A DNA stretch of 64,000 bases. It comes from Yuukianura sp. NJ FZ-2021 (lineage: Eukaryota). The position numbers and the translations under genes are program-made. Location of the stretch: positions 10,416,001 to 10,480,000 of the forward strand of contig CM102290.1 of assembly GCA_046563655.1 (NCBI GenBank). The letters are read 5' to 3'. The notes under the pieces are model-generated. The model worked only from the letters and a program-made list of their open reading frames with translations. It was not told where the DNA came from and did no database searches. This document shows, one piece after another, positions 57,369 through 64,000 of the stretch. The number at the start of each line of letters is the position of its first letter. The first letter of the stretch is position 1.

Positions 57369-59178
57369 TGTAGCAGACTGTAACCAGTTCGGAAGCCACC
57401 TGGAAAAGAGTCCAGACATTGCCGAAATTGGCGAGTTAAAAAGTCGGCTTCAAATTGGCAATTTCCCCCTTAAAACAACTACCCAATCCCAACCCCCTGC
57501 CCCCAGTAGTGGCCAGTACTACTTGTTACTCTATCATATTCGTTACTGGCTGTGCTCATATTTCCCCCTTCAGAAGTCCCGTTAACATACTTGTAATTTT
57601 ACTACTAGGTGTCAACTACGTTATACATAAACCGTCATAACTTTCCAATTGAAACTAATTTTGCTGGGAGCGTGAAAAGAATTGTGAAGCATTTGTTACT
57701 TTTGGAATCATACCATCGTCCACCCCCATGCACAGATGAATAACCTAATCTGTACCACGACAGACCTAACTTTAACCTTATAGCATAACCTAAGAGCAGT
57801 AATCCTAAACTTCATCATTGCCTACTTAGACTTCGTGGAAGCTCTTGTACTTTTCAGACTAAAGTGGCCATGCCATGACATGGTGACCTAACAAAGTTTA
57901 ATCATGCACTAAACACACTCTTCCACTCTTGAAAATTGCACAATTCGAATGCTAGTGCTAATCCGTAATCATTGACACGGACATGGAAGCACGCTTTTTG
58001 AGTTTTCATTTTGAAAAATTCCAGGTTCCAAGTGTTTTCAAAAAACCTGAAATGCTTGAGGTTCAAGGAAAGGAAATTTCATGAAAATGAAATTCATTTT
58101 TTAACAATTAAGAAATAAATTCTGTTTAAAAAAAAAAGACTTAGGCATTTCTCCCATGTTTGCCAACTTTTCTGAAAATTGAACCCAAAAGGTTTAAGAA
58201 TTACAAGTTTACTAAAAATTATGTGGAAATTTACTAGAACATCACTACACTAGCCGTTATTGCTCGAAAATGTTCATCGTCCAGTTTACTTTAAGTAAAG
58301 TTAACTATGCAATAAGGTGATTCATACTTTCGTAGTTGAATGTCGCATTAAATTGTAAAATGTAAATAAATAAACTTCAATTTTGGCGTAACGTTATAAC
58401 GGTTTGTAAAAAATAGAGCATACAAGTTGCGAATTTCGTGTTTTGAAATATTTTAAACGCTTCCTGTGTTAAGCGATGCCGTTGTAACTACTTGATTGCC
58501 AAAAATATTTAAAGCGTAAAACTTCTCACTTTACCCCGATTAATTTTGGTAAGTTGTTATGTACTTATAGACTTACTTTCTGGAAGACGGCTCCAACTAT
58601 TGTGGACTGCACTGCCAGCATGGATGTCACCAGAGGTCAAGATGAATTTAAGTGCAGGTCAATGTCCCGTCTTCTTCCTTCTTCGTGTTGTCATTGTCAC
58701 ATTACGTCTCCGAATTTGTTAACTTTGGTATCCCACTCTAACCGCAACTTCCATAATGTAATTAAACTTACAACTTAGGCTTCCTTCTTGGAAATACTCA
58801 TCCATCCAGTTTTGCCATTTACATTCAAAATGTGGGACGCACTCTCACGATCACAACATGAAGATGGACATGGACAATTAATTAGCAAGACGCCACACAT
58901 GTTAACTAGAATCAAAGAAAACATAGATGTTATTAAATATAATAAGTAAGTGTAGTAAGTATGTAAGTGTCAGTTTTGAACACAGCGCCTTAGAGAAAGC
59001 ACAGAATTCTCTGACTTTTCCGGACTCCAGTTTTTGCTGCTTGGAAACTTACCAAACCACTCCGAGTGTAAAGATGCCCGAGGTATTTGAAGATTTGGAA
59101 GAAATTTTTATTTTAATTGACAATAAATGTTACATTTAAGTTGAATTTTTATGAAAATGATATAAATAGAGTTGAATC

Positions 59179-60689
59179 CTACATGAGAATGTCAGCCGCC
59201 TCAGTGGCAACCATTTGCTCAACTTCGTAGATATCATTCTGCCAGGCTTCGATTCGGTTGACCATTAGGTGAATCTAAAAAACAAAAATTAAATCATTTG
59301 AACTTTTTTTAATAAAGCAAAAGCAATAATTTGTTTAATTGAATCGCCCTTGTCATGCCTGTTGTTGATCGAGAACACGCGGCTGAACCCAAGTCATGAG
59401 AACTTTCTGCCCAACTTGGTCAATTCGTCCTTTGACCAATCCTTTGGCAATGGCCTTCATGACGTAAATCTCCACCTCATTTGGACTGAGACCAGTGGCA
59501 GTAGTTATGTCACTGAATGACAACTGTCGCTCGAAGGACGGCCGTTTGAATGTCATCTGAAGGAGAAAATATAAGTTCATCCAACGTTACCAGGCTAATT
59601 TCGACGGAAAAGGAAAATCAAAGTTACCTCCATGAGAGCAAGAAGAATGATCTTCACGTGAAGGGCTTCGGCGTTCGCTTTTAGCTGAGGAATAGTTTCC
59701 CATTTCACTCGAAGTTTACTAAATTCAGCGATATCCCCTGCATTAAATGCACGAAGGAGGTCGACTAAAAAGGCTTTCGATGTTCCCCTCAACGCTTGGA
59801 GAATTGGGTGTATTATCTAAGAAACGTATAAGGTTTACTCCTGTCCGACATTAAAACTTATAAGATGGAAAACCAACTCACTAGTTCACCGAAGTTGTAA
59901 ATTCCATCAGCAACAAGAGCTGCAATGGCCAAATCCTGGGCATGACGATGCTGCTCAGCAGCCGACAGTTGACGTATGTCTGTACATCCAAGGAACTTGA
60001 GTGCACTTTTGTAGTATTCAGCTGTTTCATGACGCATCTGATGCATTTCACTTTGGAGTAAGTAGAATCTACCATGAACGGAGCTTACGCCGTCCATTGA
60101 GTCCAGAACTTTCTCTGCCTCGTCCAACGTTTCCTGCAATTGAACCAGAATGACATTATAAGCTCCTCGATACCACAACAACATACACAAATCGGTTCTG
60201 TATCTAACAAACGACGTACCTTAGCAGCAGGAAGATTTTGCTGACGAAGTAACTGAACTTCTGCCTTTGTGATCATACACAACGCACGAGCCTCCATGTT
60301 TGTGCCCACTTTGGGTTCCATACTTGTTAGAAACGTAAGGGCTTCATCAGTACCCATTTGCTTTGTAATAAGAGCAGCAATCTCCATGAGGGAAAGTGGA
60401 CAAATTCTATCAACATAACAAGCACATGAAATTACAGATTGGTTTCAACTCGTCGAACAAATGTAAATTACCTAGTCTCAAATTCCTTGAGGAAGTGTTC
60501 GTAGAGCACCACCAATTCGCGATCATGTTGGAGAGCTGGATTCTTACAAAACTCCAATAGCTTGATTGTCAGTTGATGGTATAGCCGAGCACTGAATAAG
60601 CGATCGAGTGCTGACCATTCTGAAGCTACTACTGGACTCGTGGCTTCTGCCTCTTTCTTTGTCAACCAACGACTCACCTCTGTAGCCAT
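59179..60689 (-). CDS. Rpn9: 26S proteasome lid subunit Rpn9 / PSMD13
   Basis: ARLYHQLT, VHGRFYLL..YYKSALKFLGC, GIYNFGEL, LALME|MTFKRP, KGLVKGRIDQV...MTWVQPRVLD. Seven exons; stop at 59181-59179. Confidence 0.96.
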
Positions 60690-61327
60690 TCTTACCAGTC
60701 GTCACTTCAAGATTCAACTACTAATTGCTAAACTTAATTCGACTAATCACAATAACACTGGGATTAATCTGTCTCCTTACCGGTTCAGCTGAGCAGAGCA
60801 AGTGAATCCAATGTAAGCGGATGACAGAGAAATTGAAAATCATCAAATCAGATGTGTACAAAAACCGTGTCGTACAGAAGTTCGTTGCCGCACCAAATTT
60901 AGTTTTCGGCGCGAAGGTGCGAAAATTACTTACTTGTTAGAACACTAATAAACAAGTCTGTGTTTAATTATTAAAGATTAAAGTTCTATCTAAAGCTAAG
61001 AATAAAACGATGAAAGTGAATAATGACTACCTACACCACCATTCCCACGGTTTTTTTAGAGAAATATTTAAAAACAAAAATGGAAAAACGGAGCAAATTA
61101 AACAACATATTAATGCAAGAATTGCTAAAATTAATATTAAAAACATATCAGTAATTGGTTTGAATGGTTATTTAATTCTTTTTTAAATCAATTAACACGT
61201 TTCGATTCGAAACTTTTGAATACGGTATTGGCCGAGCCTATTTCGCTCTGCTGTGGACACGAGACTGAAAGAAACAAACCATCGCCCGCCACCTCTCTGC
61301 CAGTGTTGGGCATTTCTATAAAATACT

Positions 61328-62146
61328 AATAAACCGGTTGTAAACCGCACATAAAAAAGTAGCTTTAGCATTTAAGTGTTTTTTTAACAAGCTGGAGTAA
61401 TCTGTTGAGCCCTCAGGGGGAGTGGCGCGGTGCTCCCCCCACCTTCTCACCCCCCACCCCGGTGGAAATGGGGGTGAGGTCAAGCAAAGATGTGAAGAGG
61501 TTGGATCCGGATAAAGCAACAACAGAAGGAATGGGCACTGGACAGTGCATGAGTGTGTTGGTCAACTGCTGCGTAGTTGATTTTTTGCTAAAAGCAGAGA
61601 ACCAACTCCCATGCCTTTTACCTTTCCAGTCCCACAAGCAGAGTTTTTTCTACCCAGACTTCCTCCATCTGCAATTCACTTGACCTTTGAAATTGATTTT
61701 GACCCGGAAGGAAATTGATTTTAACCCGGAAGGAGGTCACTGACCGGAATGATATTGCAAGCTTGACCTCACCCGGGTCATTAGCTGCTAAATGGTGAAA
61801 ACCGGAACGAAATCGATCCAGTAGTTTCCGAGATAATTGTGCAGATGTTTTCACCATTTTACAATATTTTTCCCTATGTCATGACGAAAAACGCGATGAC
61901 GGGCCGGCCTATCTTATGGACATGACAGAGAACGTGATGACAGACCGGCCTATCTTATGGACATGACAGAGAACGTGATGACGAACCGGCCTATCTTATG
62001 GACATGACAGAGAACTTGAAGACCAAAGGAGTTCCCTTTGCCATGACGGAAAACGCGATGACGGACCGGCTTTCCTTATGGGGATATGACGGAAAACGTG
62101 ATGACGGACAAAAATACTTTTATAAAGTAGCTAAAGCTACTTAATA
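61328..62146 (-). mobile_element. Non-autonomous Helentron/HINE (DINE-1-like) element
   Basis: 13-bp subterminal inverted repeat AAGTAGCTTTAGC (61357-61369) / GCTAAAGCTACTT (62130-62142). A local hairpin overlaps one copy (62125-62142) and a short stem-loop CGGTT-GTA-AACCG lies beyond the other (61335-61347). Internal 41-bp tandem repeats; no ORF. Confidence 0.6.
61880..62109. repeat. 41-bp tandem repeat (3 clean and ~3 degenerate copies)
   Basis: CCGGCCTATCTTATGGACATGACAGAGAAC starts at 61904, 61945 and 61986. Confidence 0.9.
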
Positions 62147-62481
62147 ACTGTTGTTTCTTTTTCTTCATTCTCCAAATTGTAACTAAAAATAACAATTTGT
62201 TTTTTTCTTTTTCTGACAAAATGTTAGAAATCGGTAAAATTCAGTTTTCCAGAAACTAAACTTCTAAAAACGATTTCCAATTTCACTCTGTCCACCTTTC
62301 AGACTTACCAATTATGTCACTGAAAATTCTTAAATAGAACAGCAAAGAATCTCAAGTTAATACGGTTTCTGACTGCTGTCGTCATCAGTACCGAGCAACA
62401 CGGTAGACCGTAGTGCAATGGTCCCTTTGTGCATAACATACCAGATTTAAGTTTCTGGTAGTTGTGCAGGGTGTGGTCCCT

Positions 62482-63695
62482 CTAGCGTATAAAAAAACCG
62501 AAAGTCACATTAAAAATACACGAAGACCCATACAACAAAAGATAAGTCAATTAAAAAAAACCGAAAGTCCCGTTAATACACAAGATCCATACAACAATAG
62601 ATAAGTCAATGACTACGCTCGAGATTCCGGCCTCATTCACTCGAACTGGCGCACACCGGACTCACCAAGAGTGATTCACACCCCTCTTTGCCCCGTGCCA
62701 CCTGAACAGCTACTTGCAAGCCTCATCCGTCTTCGCGCCCAATCTACTGCCGTATGTTCTAGCGTTTAAGAAAAAAACCGAAAGTCACATTAAAAATACA
62801 CGAAGACCCATACAACAAAAGATAAGTCAATTAAAAAAAAACTAAAGTCCCGTTAATACACAAGATCCATACAACAATAGATAAGTCAATGACTACGCTC
62901 GAGATTCCGGCCTCATTCACTCGAACTGGCGCACACCGGACTCACCAAGAGAGATTCACACCCCTCTTTGCCCCGTGCCACCTGAACAGCTACTTGCAAG
63001 CCTCATCCGTCTTCGCGCCCAATCTACTGCCGTATGTTCTAGCGTTTAAGAAAAAAACCGAAAGTCCCGTTAAATATACACAAAGATCAATTCAACAAAA
63101 GATAAGTCAATTAAAAAAACCGAAAGTCACATTAAAAATACACGAAGACCCATACAACAAAAGATAAGTCAATTAAAAAAAAACCGAAAGTCCCGTTAAA
63201 TATACACAAGATCCATCCGTCCTCGCGCCCAATCTACTGCCGTATGTTCTAGCGTTTAGGATAAAAAAACCGAAAGTCCCGTTAAATATACACGAAGATC
63301 AATTCAACGAAAGATAAGTCAATTAAAAAAAACCGAAAGTCCCGTTAATACACAAGATCCATACAACAATAGATAAGTCAATGACTACGCTCGAGATTCC
63401 GGCCTCATTCACTCGAACTGGCGCACACCGGACTCACCAAGAGAGATTCACACCCCTCTTTGCCCCGTGCCACCTGAACAGCTACTTGCAAGCCTCATCC
63501 GTCTTCGCGCCCAATCTACTGCCGTATGTTCTAGCGTTTAAGAAAAAAACCGAAAGTCCCGTTAAATATACACAAAGATCAATTCAACAAAAGATAAGTC
63601 AATTAAAAAAAAAACCGAAAGTCCCGTTAATACACAAGATCCATACAACAATAGATAAGTCACTGGTAAACCATTGACTACGCTCGAGATTCCGA
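62482..63695. repeat. Compound satellite: ~60-bp A-rich subrepeats interleaved with a ~160-bp GC-richer core
   Basis: Core ATGACTACGCTCGAGATTCC...GTTCTAGCGTTTAAG at 62609, 62889 and 63381, with partial copies at ~63215 and ~63675. Subrepeat AAAAAACCGAAAGTC...AGATAAGTCAAT occurs two or three times between cores. Confidence 0.95.
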
Positions 63696-64000
63696 CCCCA
63701 AACTCTAATAATAACACTTCTGCTGCGCATTCAAGCAAGAGACACAGGGACTAAGTTTTTTACCACATCCCCGAACCAATGCGGATTGAGACTTTGAAAC
63801 GATCTGTGCATGGACACATTCGCCAAGAAGTGATTCCGTAGGTTTCGGTTGTGGGATTTAGTATGTGTTCCTAAGTGATGGTACAGAGAAGGTTTAGTCA
63901 AAAATTTAAAGTTCATTTTACAATTTTTTGAACCAAAATTACGAAACAAACTCCAGATTTTTTTTATATACACGAAGATCCATACGACAGAGGACTAGTC

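Noticed and set aside
62889..63677. Duplicated 92-98 aa ORFs (MTTLEIPASF...)
   Set aside because: They are translations of the satellite unit. The first core copy has an in-frame TGA and no domain is recognisable.
62482..63695. CRISPR-like repeat/spacer pattern
   Set aside because: The intervening segments are copies of each other rather than unique spacers, the repeats are ~60 bp, the context is eukaryotic and there are no cas genes.

Overview
Eukaryotic, intron-rich, AT-rich animal DNA. The proteins look arthropod (ind/Gsx, Sfmbt, AP-4/cropped, insect-type ACC); a compact hexapod genome such as a springtail's is my guess and cannot be proven from this window. I reconstructed ten protein-coding genes by hand from splice signals, nine of them on the minus strand: intronless ind/Gsx; a secreted Sushi + serine-protease-homolog + mucin + LRR-like chimera; Sfmbt; ZCCHC9; AP-4; a protease-domain-only SPRTN-like gene; a PP6 regulatory (SAPS) subunit; a LOTUS+Tudor protein (+ strand); acetyl-CoA carboxylase; and Rpn9/PSMD13. 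The non-coding DNA holds two oppositely oriented arrays of a ~320-bp self-palindromic repeat that bracket six genes, a Helentron/HINE-like element, a compound satellite and several fold-back elements. The most unusual items are the doubly palindromic arrays, whose asymmetric hairpin tips occur in both orientations, the chimeric pseudo-protease, and the mini-Spartan. Exon coordinates are hand-derived and no database searches were run.
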